From Gemmatimonadaceae bacterium (GTDB lineage: Bacteria; Gemmatimonadota; Gemmatimonadetes; Gemmatimonadales; Gemmatimonadaceae): a DNA stretch of 64,000 bases. The notes beneath the pieces are model-generated. The model worked only from the letters and a program-made list of their open reading frames with translations. It made no database searches and was not told the origin of the DNA. Of this stretch, positions 10,089 to 19,587 are shown in pieces. The DNA is taken from positions 6,924 to 70,923 of the forward strand of contig DASSNL010000104.1 in the NCBI GenBank assembly GCA_035688075.1, given 5' to 3'. The position numbers and the translations under genes are program-made. The first letter of the stretch is position 1. Each line of letters starts with the position of its first letter.

Positions 10089-10247
10089 GGAGAGTAAAAG
10101 GAAGCAGATAGCAGAAAGCAGAAAGCAGAAAGCAGTGGGCGGCTCGTGGGGGATAGGGCCCTCAACCCCGAGGCCGTTCACTGCTTTCTGCTTTCTGCTT
10201 TCTGCTTCCTTGCCGCCCCTGCTTTCCGCTCTCTCCCCCTCCCTCCC
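10089..10247. repeat. Heptad-armed palindromic intergenic element, copy E4
   Basis: GGAAGCA GATAGCA GAAAGCA x3, core GGCGGCTCGTGGGGGATAGGGCCCTCAACCCCGAGGCCG, then GTTCAC TGCTTTC x3 TGCTTCC and a pyrimidine flank. Lies between convergent stops 10088 and 10248. Confidence 0.9.
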
Positions 10248-11405
10248 CTACATCAGCTCCCGCTGGGCAGCGGCTACACCGCTGCCCAGTTCTACATCTA
10301 CGCCTGCCCGCTTCAGTGTCATCTCGACGCCGGTGAGGGCGCCGAGGAGCATGAGCTCATTGAGGTCGCCGAGGTGGCCGATGCGGAAGGCTCTGCCGCC
10401 GAGCTGACCGAGGCCGGCGCCGAGGGAGAGGTTGTAGTGGCGGTACGCGGTGTCGATGATGGTGCTGGAGTTCGTGGCAGAGGGGGTCATCACGGTGCTG
10501 ACCGTGTCGGAGTAGGCGGCGGGATCGGTGGCACAGAGCGAGAGACCCCACGCCTCCACAGCCGCGCGGCAGGCGCCGGCCAGTCGGTTGTGGCGGGCGT
10601 ACACGTTCTCGAGTCCTTCCTCGAGGAGCATGTCGAGCGCTTCGCGGAGGCCGTAGAGGAGAGTGACGGCCGGCGTGTAGGGGAAGTAGCCCTGCGCGTT
10701 CTGCTGCATCATTGGGCCCAGGTCGAAGAATGCGCGCGGAGAGTGCGCGTTCTCGCGCGCAGCGAGCGCCTTCGGACTTACGGCGAGGATGCCGAGTCCG
10801 GCGGGGAGCATGAAGCCCTTCTGCGACCCCGCGATCGCGAGGTCCACGCCCCAGTCATCCATGCGGAACTCGAGGCTCGCAACGGAGCTCACGCCGTCCA
10901 CGTACAGGAGCGCGGGGTGATTGGCCGCATCGATGGCGCGGCGCACGGCGGCAATGTCGCTGGTGACACCGGTCGACGTCTCGTTGTGCACCACCAGCAC
11001 GCCCTTGATCTCGTGCGCCGAGTCGGCGTTCAGCGCCTCCTCGATTCGATCCGGCGGAACGGCCGCACCCCAGTCGGTCTCGATGACATCCACGCGATAG
11101 CCGAGTCGGCGCGCGCTGTCTATGAAGAGGTGGCCGAACTGACCACCGCGAACGGCGAGTAGCCTGTCGCCGGTGGAGAGCGTGTTCACCAGCGCCGCCT
11201 CCCACATCCCGCTTCCAGTAGCCGGAAAAACGAAGGTCTGTGCGCTCGTGGTGCCGAACACCTCTTTCAGTCTCGGGAGGATGGCGCGCGTGAGCTCGGG
11301 GAACGACGACGACCGGTGATCGTCCGTCGCGCGATGCATGGCGCGCTGGATCCTGTCGGGAGTGTTGGATGGACCGGGAACGAAAAGAAAGTTGCGACCG
11401 GGCAT
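10248..11405 (-). CDS. Class V PLP-dependent aminotransferase (alanine/serine-glyoxylate aminotransferase-like)
   Basis: N-terminal FVPGPSN motif, PLP-lysine region AIAGSQKGFMLPAGLG, and length typical of the AGXT/SgaA family. Confidence 0.85.
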   Translation of the reverse strand: MPGRNFLFVPGPSNTPDRIQRAMHRATDDHRSSSFPELTRAILPRLKEVFGTTSAQTFVFPATGSGMWEAALVNTLSTGDRLLAVRGGQFGHLFIDSARRLGYRVDVIETDWGAAVPPDRIEEALNADSAHEIKGVLVVHNETSTGVTSDIAAVRRAIDAANHPALLYVDGVSSVASLEFRMDDWGVDLAIAGSQKGFMLPAGLGILAVSPKALAARENAHSPRAFFDLGPMMQQNAQGYFPYTPAVTLLYGLREALDMLLEEGLENVYARHNRLAGACRAAVEAWGLSLCATDPAAYSDTVSTVMTPSATNSSTIIDTAYRHYNLSLGAGLGQLGGRAFRIGHLGDLNELMLLGALTGVEMTLKRAGVDVELGSGVAAAQRELM

Positions 11406-11541
11406 GCGGTGCTCCTGGGCTCGTGCTGAGAATCGGATTGTCGAAGATGCGGCCAGCCGGGAGTGCGGCCGGGGCTGGCCGGTGCGGGAACGCCGCTCGC
11501 AAACTATACTGGGCGCGAGACCTCAAGGAGCTCGTTACTCG

Positions 11542-14397
11542 ATGATCCCGCTTGTCACACTGCTGCTCGTCCTGCAGACGTCTACAGGAGCGGCCACGCC
11601 TGCCGCCGGTGTTCAGGATGCCGTATACGCTCCGGATGGCCGGCTCGCGCTGGCGATCGACGGCGACATCTGGGCGCAGCGCGCGGCCGGCGACACCACG
11701 AGATGGATGCGCGTCACCAGCGGTGACGCATGGGATCGAGAACCGGCATGGAGCGAGGATGGCAGATCGCTCGTGTTCGCATCCAATCACAATGGCGATT
11801 CGCGGCTCTATCGCGTGCGACTCGGTGCCACAGATAGTGGGGCGGCCCGCGACGGCGCGACGAGCACTCCCGAGCGGATCACGAGCGCGGATGAACCGGA
11901 GAGCAGCCCGGCGCTCGCGAAGGATGGCACGCTCGCCTTCGTCCGCGGCCGTGGTCCGACGGCTCGGATCTACATCCGCTCCGCGGATGGACGCGAGCGG
12001 CGCCTCACGAAGGCGAAGTCGGGCTCGGAGCGGTGGCCCGCGTTCTCTCCCGATGGCAAGTGGATCGCTTTCGTCAATGTCACCGAGAGCGGGCGGACGC
12101 TTCGAGTCGTCTCGATCACCGGCGACTCGAGCCGCACGATAGTGAGCGATCGCGCCAGTGAGCATCCCTCCTGGTCGCCAGATGGCAGTCGCATCGCATT
12201 CGGCGGCCGGAGTGGGTCGCCGGGCGTGTGGGTGACGACGACCGATGGTGATTACGTGAACCTCGTCAGCGCGCGGCGCGCGGCACCGGCGTGGTCCCCC
12301 GATGGCCGCACTCTGGCTCTGGTGGAGCTTCCACCTCCGCCGCCGGCGTACAACGGCGACCCCGATCGCCTGGGCGATCGCGCCGCGAGTGCCGTCCTCG
12401 AGGGCTCCGGCGCGCTCTGGTTCGTGCCGGCGCCCGCGGCGCCCGCCAGCGGGCGTGCGGCGTCGCTGGCTCTCGATGTGAACCGTCGAGAGAGGAATGC
12501 GGCTCGCTTCAACGCGGCATGGGAGCGAACCGCCCGGCTCTACTACTCCACACCCGATGCATCCACGCGCCGCGCGAAGTGGGAAGCGCTCCGCGATGAC
12601 TTCCGATCGCGCGCACTCGCCGCCAAATCAGATGACGAGCTGGCGAGCGTGGTGCACGAGATGCTGCTCCGACGTCCCCCGCTGCGTGCGCCGGCCACGG
12701 GACGCGCCGCCGTGTCGAGCGCGAACCCGGTGGCTACCGACGCCGGTCTCGAAATCCTGCGCAAGGGCGGCAATGTGGTGGACGCTGCCATCGCCGTGTC
12801 GTTTGCGCTCGGCGTGGTGGAGCCCGACGCCAGCGGGATCGGCGGCTACGGCCAGATGCTCATTCGGCTGGACTCGATGCCGCGCCCCACGCTCATCGAG
12901 TTCATGACGCGCCTGCCTCAGGACGTGCTCACCAACGAGAGCGCTATCCTCGCGAACGGCGGCTACCCCGACGACGGTCCAGTGCTTCCAAACGTCCCTG
13001 GCACAGTGGCCGGCATGTACAGGGCGTGGAAGGAGTACGGGAGCCACGAGGTTTCGTGGTCCGACATCCTTGCGCCGGCGATCCGCGCGGCGAAGGAGGG
13101 TTACGTCGTGAGCGACGGCCTCGCCACGACGCTCGCCACCGAGCGCGAGCACTTCCTGAAGTACGAGGGGAGCAGGGAGCTCTTCTTCCGCAACGGCGAG
13201 CCGCTCCATGCGGGTGACACCTTGCGCAACCCCGACCTTGCCTGGGCGCTCACCCAGATCGCCGACAGTGGTGCAGCGGCACTCTACCGCGGCGCCGTCG
13301 GCAGGCGGATGGTGACGGATCTTCGCGGTCACGGCAACGCGATGCGCGTGAGCGACCTCGCACGCTACTATGCGGCCGAGCGCGATCCGGTGACAGGGAG
13401 CTACCGCGGCTACACGATCTTCTCGAGCGCGCCCCCGGTCTCCGGCGGCGCCACGCTCGTCGCACAACTGAAGATGCTCGAGCAGCTGCCGAAGATCCCG
13501 TCGTACACCGAGGACGCTGCCACGCTGCACGCGATGATCGAGGCGTGGAAGCTCGTCCCGTCGTCACGCGGCCGCATAGCGGATCCCGGTCTCTGGCCGG
13601 TGAACATCACCGCGTACACGAGTCCGGACAGCGCACGTGCTCGGTGGCGCTGCTTCGACCCGCGACGCGCGCTGAGTGCCGAGGAGCTCGAGGGAACAAC
13701 GCCGAAGTGCTCCCGATCGCGGCGGGACGAGAGTCGCGCCGACCAGAGTGCAACGGGCGCGGACTCGAGCGAGAGCTCCGAGCCTGTGCACCGCCATCGC
13801 ACCGGCACGACCGCGTTCACCGTGGCCGATGCCGATGGCAATGTCGTAGCGGTGACGCAGACGCTCGGTACCTGGGGCGGCAGCTTCTACGTCACCCCGG
13901 GTCTCGGCTTCCTCTACAACGACAAGCTCACGTCGTACTCCAGCGACGCCGATGCCTTCGGCAGCCGCGCGCCGTACGCCCGCAACGGCAGCACGATCGC
14001 ACCCACCATCGTATTCCGAGGTGCTGGCTCGAAGCTCCGCCCCGTTCTCGCCGTCGGCGCGGCCGGCAACTCGTGGATCACCTCCGCCGTCTACACCATC
14101 GTAAGTGGAGTCCTCGACCAGAAGCTCGACGTTCAGCATGCCATCGAGCTCCCTCGCTTCCTCCTCACGCGCGAGCGCACCCGTACCAGCCGCGACTTCG
14201 TGATCGAGCTCGAGGACGGCTTCGCCCCGCGCGTGAAGCGCGACCTGGAAACGCTCGGCCATCGCCTCCACTTCATCTCCCTCCCCGGCGAGCTCCGCAT
14301 GGGCTACGCCTCCGCCGTCACCATAGGCGACTCCACGGTAACGGCAGGCGCAGACCCGCGGCGCGCCGGGGCGGCGGGGGCGGTTGGGAGGAAGTAG
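11542..14397 (+). CDS. ggt: Fusion protein: N-terminal TolB-like PD40 beta-propeller + C-terminal gamma-glutamyltranspeptidase
   Basis: ATG 11542 after AAGGAG, with a signal peptide. Repeated PD40 motifs (EPAWSEDGRSLVF, WPAFSPDGKWIAF, HPSWSPDGSRIAF, APAWSPDGRTLAL). The GGT domain follows (VATDAGLEILRKGGNVVDAAIA) with autoprocessing Thr context HRHRTG-TTAFTVADADGNVVAVTQTLG. Confidence 0.85.
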   Translation: MIPLVTLLLVLQTSTGAATPAAGVQDAVYAPDGRLALAIDGDIWAQRAAGDTTRWMRVTSGDAWDREPAWSEDGRSLVFASNHNGDSRLYRVRLGATDSGAARDGATSTPERITSADEPESSPALAKDGTLAFVRGRGPTARIYIRSADGRERRLTKAKSGSERWPAFSPDGKWIAFVNVTESGRTLRVVSITGDSSRTIVSDRASEHPSWSPDGSRIAFGGRSGSPGVWVTTTDGDYVNLVSARRAAPAWSPDGRTLALVELPPPPPAYNGDPDRLGDRAASAVLEGSGALWFVPAPAAPASGRAASLALDVNRRERNAARFNAAWERTARLYYSTPDASTRRAKWEALRDDFRSRALAAKSDDELASVVHEMLLRRPPLRAPATGRAAVSSANPVATDAGLEILRKGGNVVDAAIAVSFALGVVEPDASGIGGYGQMLIRLDSMPRPTLIEFMTRLPQDVLTNESAILANGGYPDDGPVLPNVPGTVAGMYRAWKEYGSHEVSWSDILAPAIRAAKEGYVVSDGLATTLATEREHFLKYEGSRELFFRNGEPLHAGDTLRNPDLAWALTQIADSGAAALYRGAVGRRMVTDLRGHGNAMRVSDLARYYAAERDPVTGSYRGYTIFSSAPPVSGGATLVAQLKMLEQLPKIPSYTEDAATLHAMIEAWKLVPSSRGRIADPGLWPVNITAYTSPDSARARWRCFDPRRALSAEELEGTTPKCSRSRRDESRADQSATGADSSESSEPVHRHRTGTTAFTVADADGNVVAVTQTLGTWGGSFYVTPGLGFLYNDKLTSYSSDADAFGSRAPYARNGSTIAPTIVFRGAGSKLRPVLAVGAAGNSWITSAVYTIVSGVLDQKLDVQHAIELPRFLLTRERTRTSRDFVIELEDGFAPRVKRDLETLGHRLHFISLPGELRMGYASAVTIGDSTVTAGADPRRAGAAGAVGRK

Positions 14398-14588
14398 AAG
14401 CAGGGTTCAGGAGGCAGGGTTCAGGGTTCAGGTACTACAGGTACAAGGAGACAGGAAACAGGAAACAGGGAACTGCCTCGGGGGTGAGGGCTCTCCCCCA
14501 CGAGTCGATACCTGTTTCCTGTTCCCTGTTTCCTGTCTCCTGCAGTTGGCAGTCCCTGAACCCTGAACCCCGTAGTTCTGAACCCTCG
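14398..14588. repeat. Composite palindromic element, copy E5 (GGAAACA-type element nested inside GGGTTCA-type arms)
   Basis: Outer arm AGGGTTCAGGAGGCAGGGTTCAGGGTTCAGGTACTAC, inner arm GGAGACA GGAAACA GGAAACA GGGAAC, core TGCCTCGGGGGTGAGGGCTCTCCCCCACGAGTCGA, then the complementary inner arm and the outer arm CTGAACCCTGAACCCCGTAGTTCTGAACCC. Confidence 0.9.
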
Positions 14589-14591
14589 CGG

Positions 14592-16283
14592 TCACGCCGC
14601 CGACACCACCTCCGCCTCCGGCACCGGCTCCTTCAGATGATCTAGCACGCGCTCGGCGGGGAGGCGTTGCGAGGTGGCGAGCCACATGATCAGGGCGGAG
14701 AAGACCGCCACCACCACGATCGCCCAGCCGAAACCGAGGATGCCGAGGTTGCCGGCGTGCGCCGAGAGGGCCGGGTAGTCGCCGAGCCAGCTGATGAGCG
14801 CGAGGCCGGCCAGCCACGCCACTACCCAGCTCCCCGAGCGGAACTCGAGCGGAGGAGTGGTCTCGCGGTTGCGTGCCTCGTGGAGAACTAGCACGATGTA
14901 GCCGATCAGCACCGCGATGAAGAGCTTCCAGTCGGTGGCCCAGCCGGACCAGTACACGATCAGGTTGGAGGAGAGGAAGGCGAGGTAGGCGATCAGCGTG
15001 GCGGCCGGAAGACGGAAGGGTCGCGCCTGACGCGGGATCTGGCGGCGCATCGCAACCAGGGCCAGCGGACCCGAGCCGAAAGAGAGCACCGTGGCCGAAG
15101 TCACGAAGCCGACCAGCTTCTGCCACCCCGGGAAGGGGAGGAAGAAGATCAGCCCGACCACGAAGGTGACGATCACGCTCACCCACGGCACACCGCGATC
15201 GCTCACCTTGGCCAGCGCCCGTGGCGCGTTTCCATTGCGGCCCATCGCATAGGAGATGCGAGCGGTCACAGTCGTGTAGATGAGTCCCGTGTCTGCCGGC
15301 GAGATGAAGGCGTCGATGTAGAGCAGGATCGCGAGCCAGCTCAACCCCATCACGCTGGCCAATGCAGCCAGCGGACCGTAGGTGGCGGCCACGTTCGAGA
15401 CTCCGCTCGTGAAGCTCGTGCCGATGTTCGCCCATCCGTTACGTAGCGCCTCGTCCGGCAGCGCGCCGATGAAGGCGGTCTGCAACGCGATGTACAGGAC
15501 GCCAGTGATGAGCACCGAGCCGATGATCGCGATCGGCACGTTGCGCTGCGGGTTGCGCGTCTCGCCCGCCAGCTCCACTCCCTGCCTGAACCCCAGATAG
15601 GAGAAGACGATTCCCGCGGTGGCTATCGACGAGAAGACCCCGGTCCACCCGAAAGGCATGAACCCACCGGCCAGCTCGTGACTGAAATTCACGCCGTGGA
15701 AGACCGTCAAGATGAACGAGACGATCACCACGACGATGATCGCCAGCTTCCACCAGACCATCGCGTTGTTGAGCCGCGCGAACCAGCGGATCCCCACCAC
15801 GTTGATCAGACTGAAGAGAGCGAGCAGGCCGGCCGCCACCGCGAAGCCAGCGCCGGTGAGCACCGGCACCCCCTGATCGAGTCGCTGCAGCCAGGGGAGG
15901 TAGTTGGTGGCGTACTGCAGCGCCGCCTCGACCTCGATCGACGTCGTGGACGCCACCGCCAGCCAGGTGATCCACCCGAGCGTGTAGCTCGCGAAAGAGC
16001 CGAAGGCGTAGTGCGGGAACCGCACCACGCCTCCGGACACGGGAAACATGGTCCCGAGCTCCGCGTAGCAGAGCCCGATCAGGATGATCATGACTCCGCC
16101 GATCGCCCACGCTATTACCGAAGCCGGGCCGGCGATCTGCGCCGCGCTGAGCGCGCCGAAGAGCCAGCCCGATCCTATTATCGATCCTACCGCCGTGAAG
16201 AGGAGTCCGACGATTCCGATGTCGCGTCGGAGGCGATGGTCGTCTGCGGCTTCGCGATGGATGACTGCGCCAGTATCTGCCAT
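14592..16283 (-). CDS. APC family amino acid/polyamine permease
   Basis: ATG 16283 preceded by GAGGAG. Multi-TM protein with N-terminal APC motif (FTAVGSIIGSGWLFG). Confidence 0.85.
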   Translation of the reverse strand: MADTGAVIHREAADDHRLRRDIGIVGLLFTAVGSIIGSGWLFGALSAAQIAGPASVIAWAIGGVMIILIGLCYAELGTMFPVSGGVVRFPHYAFGSFASYTLGWITWLAVASTTSIEVEAALQYATNYLPWLQRLDQGVPVLTGAGFAVAAGLLALFSLINVVGIRWFARLNNAMVWWKLAIIVVVIVSFILTVFHGVNFSHELAGGFMPFGWTGVFSSIATAGIVFSYLGFRQGVELAGETRNPQRNVPIAIIGSVLITGVLYIALQTAFIGALPDEALRNGWANIGTSFTSGVSNVAATYGPLAALASVMGLSWLAILLYIDAFISPADTGLIYTTVTARISYAMGRNGNAPRALAKVSDRGVPWVSVIVTFVVGLIFFLPFPGWQKLVGFVTSATVLSFGSGPLALVAMRRQIPRQARPFRLPAATLIAYLAFLSSNLIVYWSGWATDWKLFIAVLIGYIVLVLHEARNRETTPPLEFRSGSWVVAWLAGLALISWLGDYPALSAHAGNLGILGFGWAIVVVAVFSALIMWLATSQRLPAERVLDHLKEPVPEAEVVSAA

Positions 16284-16558
16284 GGTCTCCTCGTTGTGCC
16301 AGCGGCGCGTCCGGATGCCGGTCGAAGCATCCACGGCCACCGCTCGGTGTGCATCAGGGTCGATACAACGGATCATTGCCGCTGTGCACGCGGAGCACAA
16401 GGCGAAATCCATGGGAGTACATATATTTCCCGGGTCGCTGCGCCCGGCCCGCTCGCTCCTTCCGAACGCTTTTCGGGTATCGTGCGTAACTCACTGCGGG
16501 ATGTTCATTCCCGCTGGCGGGTCGTGACAACGTTGTTCTCGTTCACTAGCTTCCGATA

Positions 16559-16930
16559 ATGCCCGGCGTGCTCCGCAAATTCCGCCGTCCACGTTCGCGT
16601 GTGCTCGTCCTGGCCGCCTTCCTCGCGTTGGCGGCCCAGGGCGTGGCCACGCTTCTGGCGCCGGCGGCCGAGGCACGAGCGTCGCGGAGCGCGCCCGCTC
16701 ACGTCGAGAGCGGCGGCACCCATCAGCATCACTCGCACAATCCCGCCGACTGCGCGGCCTGCATCGCGCTCCAGCTCACGGGCCTTCCGCAGGTCGCGCC
16801 GAACAAGGGCGAGGTCCTCGCCGAGAAGCGGCCGATCAATCCGCCTCCGGCGTTGCACATCGCCAGCGCCAGTCGGCTGGACGAGCGACACTCCCGAGCA
16901 CCACCCACCCCCTCCATAACGCTTCGGTAG
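16559..16930 (+). CDS. Hypothetical secreted His/Cys-rich protein upstream of czcCBA (possible metal-binding accessory)
   Basis: Signal peptide, motif HVESGGTHQHHSHNPADCAACIAL, and position immediately upstream of the heavy-metal RND operon. Family assignment is uncertain (DUF2946-like or CzcI-like by context). Confidence 0.45.
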   Translation: MPGVLRKFRRPRSRVLVLAAFLALAAQGVATLLAPAAEARASRSAPAHVESGGTHQHHSHNPADCAACIALQLTGLPQVAPNKGEVLAEKRPINPPPALHIASASRLDERHSRAPPTPSITLR

Positions 16931-17119
16931 GTACCTCACCGACAGCGTTCCCGGGGTGTGCAACCCGCACACCCGGCTCCTCCGCGTCGCATCCACCGCA
17001 CAGGCCGGCGGGAGCGAGGCGCGTCCTTGGTGGCATCCACAGAGAGGACTGCGCACCGACTCTCGACATCGAGCATCCGCGGCGCGGCTCACCGCCAACG
17101 GAATGGTCAGAGGGGGTTC

Positions 17120-18430
17120 ATGTACGCGCACGTGCTCACAGTCGCATTGCTGCTGTCGTGGGGCGCATCCGCCCGCGGCCAGCAGCTTCCCACCGGACCA
17201 AGATCCCCGAGCGCGCCCCCCGACCTCGCGGGGGTGCTGGCTCTGTCCCGAAGCGAAGCGGTGGACAGCGCCCTCGCACGCAATCCACAGCTCCGCGCGG
17301 CTCGCGAACAGATAGCCCAGGCGCGCGCCCGCGTATCGGAGGCCACCGCTCTCCCGGATCCGGAGCTCGGACTCAGCATGGACACCGAGAACCGCCCCTT
17401 CACACACGGCGCGGCCGGGACGAAGGAGCTCGGACTCGGCGTCACGATCCCCTTCCCCACCAAGCTGTACCAGGCCGGCAAAGCCGCCGGAAGCGACGTC
17501 GATGCCGCTCGCTTCTCCTATGCGCAGTCGCGCCAGGAGATCGCTTCCGAGACCATCCAGAGCTACGACGCACTGCTGGTTGCGCGCCGGCACGGTGAGA
17601 ATCTCCGCGAGGCGAAGCAGCTCGCCGAGGACTTCCTCCAGAAGACGCAGGCGCGCTACAACGCTGGCAGCGCGGCCGGGATAGATGTGGTGAAGGCGAA
17701 AGTGGAAGTCTCGCGCGCGGAGAACGACCTCATCGCGAACGAGCGCGATGTGGCCAACGCGCGCGCCGCGCTGAATCGACTCATCGGGCGCGTCCTCGGC
17801 GCGCCGCTGGAGCTGTCCGACACTCTGGCCGCCCCCGAGCCGATCCCGGCGCTCGATCTGCTCGAGCGGCGCGCCCTCGAGGCTCGCCCGGAGATACGCG
17901 GCATGGAGGCGGCGCGGCGCGGCGCGAGTGCGACGGCTTCGCTCGCGCGCCAGTACTGGCTACCCGACGTCAGCGTCTCGTTGACCAAGGATTTCGCCGA
18001 TGGGGTGGACGCCCCATACACTACCGAGATCGGCTTCGGCATTCCGCTCTTCTTCTGGCAGCATCACAAGGGCGAGGTCGCGGAGGCGAGACACCACGAA
18101 CTCGAGTTGCAGGCTAGCAGCCGGGATCTCGCTGCCCAGGTGGCTCAGGAGGTCCAGGCGGCGCACGCGGCTGCCAGCACTTCTCTGCGGCAGGTGGCCT
18201 ACCTGCGCGACGAGCTCCTCCCTGAAGCTCGCGAGGCCTATCGAATCGCCTCCACCAGCTACGGCCTGGGCGGCTCCTCCGCCCTCGAGGTACTGGACGC
18301 CCAACGCACCCTGCTCGACGTCGAGAGCCAGTACACCGATGCGCTCGGTGCTTCCAACGACGCCCGCGCCCAGCTCGAGCTGGCCGTGGGTGCACCGCTC
18401 GACTCGACCTCCACCATCCGAGAGCCATGA
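17120..18430 (+). CDS. czcC: TolC-family outer membrane efflux protein (CzcC-like)
   Basis: ATG 17120 with signal peptide. Two OEP repeats. Stop overlaps the next start (ATGA). Confidence 0.85.
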   Translation: MYAHVLTVALLLSWGASARGQQLPTGPRSPSAPPDLAGVLALSRSEAVDSALARNPQLRAAREQIAQARARVSEATALPDPELGLSMDTENRPFTHGAAGTKELGLGVTIPFPTKLYQAGKAAGSDVDAARFSYAQSRQEIASETIQSYDALLVARRHGENLREAKQLAEDFLQKTQARYNAGSAAGIDVVKAKVEVSRAENDLIANERDVANARAALNRLIGRVLGAPLELSDTLAAPEPIPALDLLERRALEARPEIRGMEAARRGASATASLARQYWLPDVSVSLTKDFADGVDAPYTTEIGFGIPLFFWQHHKGEVAEARHHELELQASSRDLAAQVAQEVQAAHAAASTSLRQVAYLRDELLPEAREAYRIASTSYGLGGSSALEVLDAQRTLLDVESQYTDALGASNDARAQLELAVGAPLDSTSTIREP

Positions 18431-19587
18431 GAACCATCAACAAGACATTGACCGCCCTCGCGGTTGGCATCACGGTCGCGTCGGGCGCTGGTTGCGGCTC
18501 CAAGGCCGACGCCGATTCGGTGACCGCCCGCGCCGACTCGGGCAGGAAAGACTCCTCGCTGGTACTCCCCGCCGAACAGCGCGAGCGCATAGGCGTCGTG
18601 GCGGTCGCCCCGTCGTCCTTTCATCGAGTCGTCGAGACCACCGGCACGGTGGCTTACGACGGCGACCAGTCCACGCAGATCCTCGCACCGATCTCGGGCC
18701 CTGTGACGCGGATCCTCGTGCAACCGGGTGTGCGCGTGCACAGGGGACAGGCGCTTGCCTACGTGTCGTCGCCCGACTTCGCCGAAGCGGTGGCCGACTA
18801 CCGGAAGGCGCGTGCTACCGCGGTGAACGCACAGCGCGTCGCCGATCTCGACGCACAGCTCTTCAAGAACGACGCGATCGCGCGGCGTGACCTCGAGCAG
18901 GCACAGACCGACGCCATCTCCGCCGCCGCGGATCGCGACGCCGCGCTCCAGCGGCTCCAGGCGCTCGGAGTGGACGATTCTACACTGAAAGAGCTGCAAG
19001 CAGGTCATGCCGCCGAGGTAGTGCGCGGAGTGATTCGCTCTCCGATAGAGGGGACGCTCGTGGAGCGCGCCATCACGCCGGGACAGCTCCTCGAGGCTGG
19101 CTCGACCCCCTGCTTCACCGTGGCCGACATGTCGGCAATGTGGGTGATGGCCAACGTGTTCGAGTCTGACCTTTCCTCGGTGCACGTGGGCGATGTGGCC
19201 ACAGTCATCACCAACGCATCGCGTGAGCCCATTTCCGGAAAGGTGGACAACGTCGCCGCCTTCGTGGATCCGAGCACCAAGGCAACCGCAGTCCGAATTG
19301 TGGTGCCCAACCGCGGCGGCCTGCTCAAGAAGGACATGTACGTGAACGTGGGCATCCGTTCGCGCGATCAAAGCAGCGGCCTCCTCGTACCCGTCTCCGC
19401 GGTGCTGCGCGATGAGGACAATCGTCCCTTCGTCTTCATCCAGGACTCGGCCGGCCGCTACGAGCGACGCGCCGTGGATCTGGGCTCACGGATAGATGAG
19501 CGTTACGAGGTAAGCAATGGGCTGCGCCCCGGCGACCGCGTCATCTCGCGGGGCGGTCTCTTCCTGCAATTCGCGCAGAGCCAATGA
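18427..19587 (+). CDS. czcB: RND efflux periplasmic adaptor (CzcB/HlyD family lipoprotein)
   Basis: Lipobox SGAG-C, barrel-sandwich/coiled-coil adaptor pattern, translationally coupled on both sides (ATGA overlaps). Confidence 0.88.
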   Translation: MRTINKTLTALAVGITVASGAGCGSKADADSVTARADSGRKDSSLVLPAEQRERIGVVAVAPSSFHRVVETTGTVAYDGDQSTQILAPISGPVTRILVQPGVRVHRGQALAYVSSPDFAEAVADYRKARATAVNAQRVADLDAQLFKNDAIARRDLEQAQTDAISAAADRDAALQRLQALGVDDSTLKELQAGHAAEVVRGVIRSPIEGTLVERAITPGQLLEAGSTPCFTVADMSAMWVMANVFESDLSSVHVGDVATVITNASREPISGKVDNVAAFVDPSTKATAVRIVVPNRGGLLKKDMYVNVGIRSRDQSSGLLVPVSAVLRDEDNRPFVFIQDSAGRYERRAVDLGSRIDERYEVSNGLRPGDRVISRGGLFLQFAQSQ

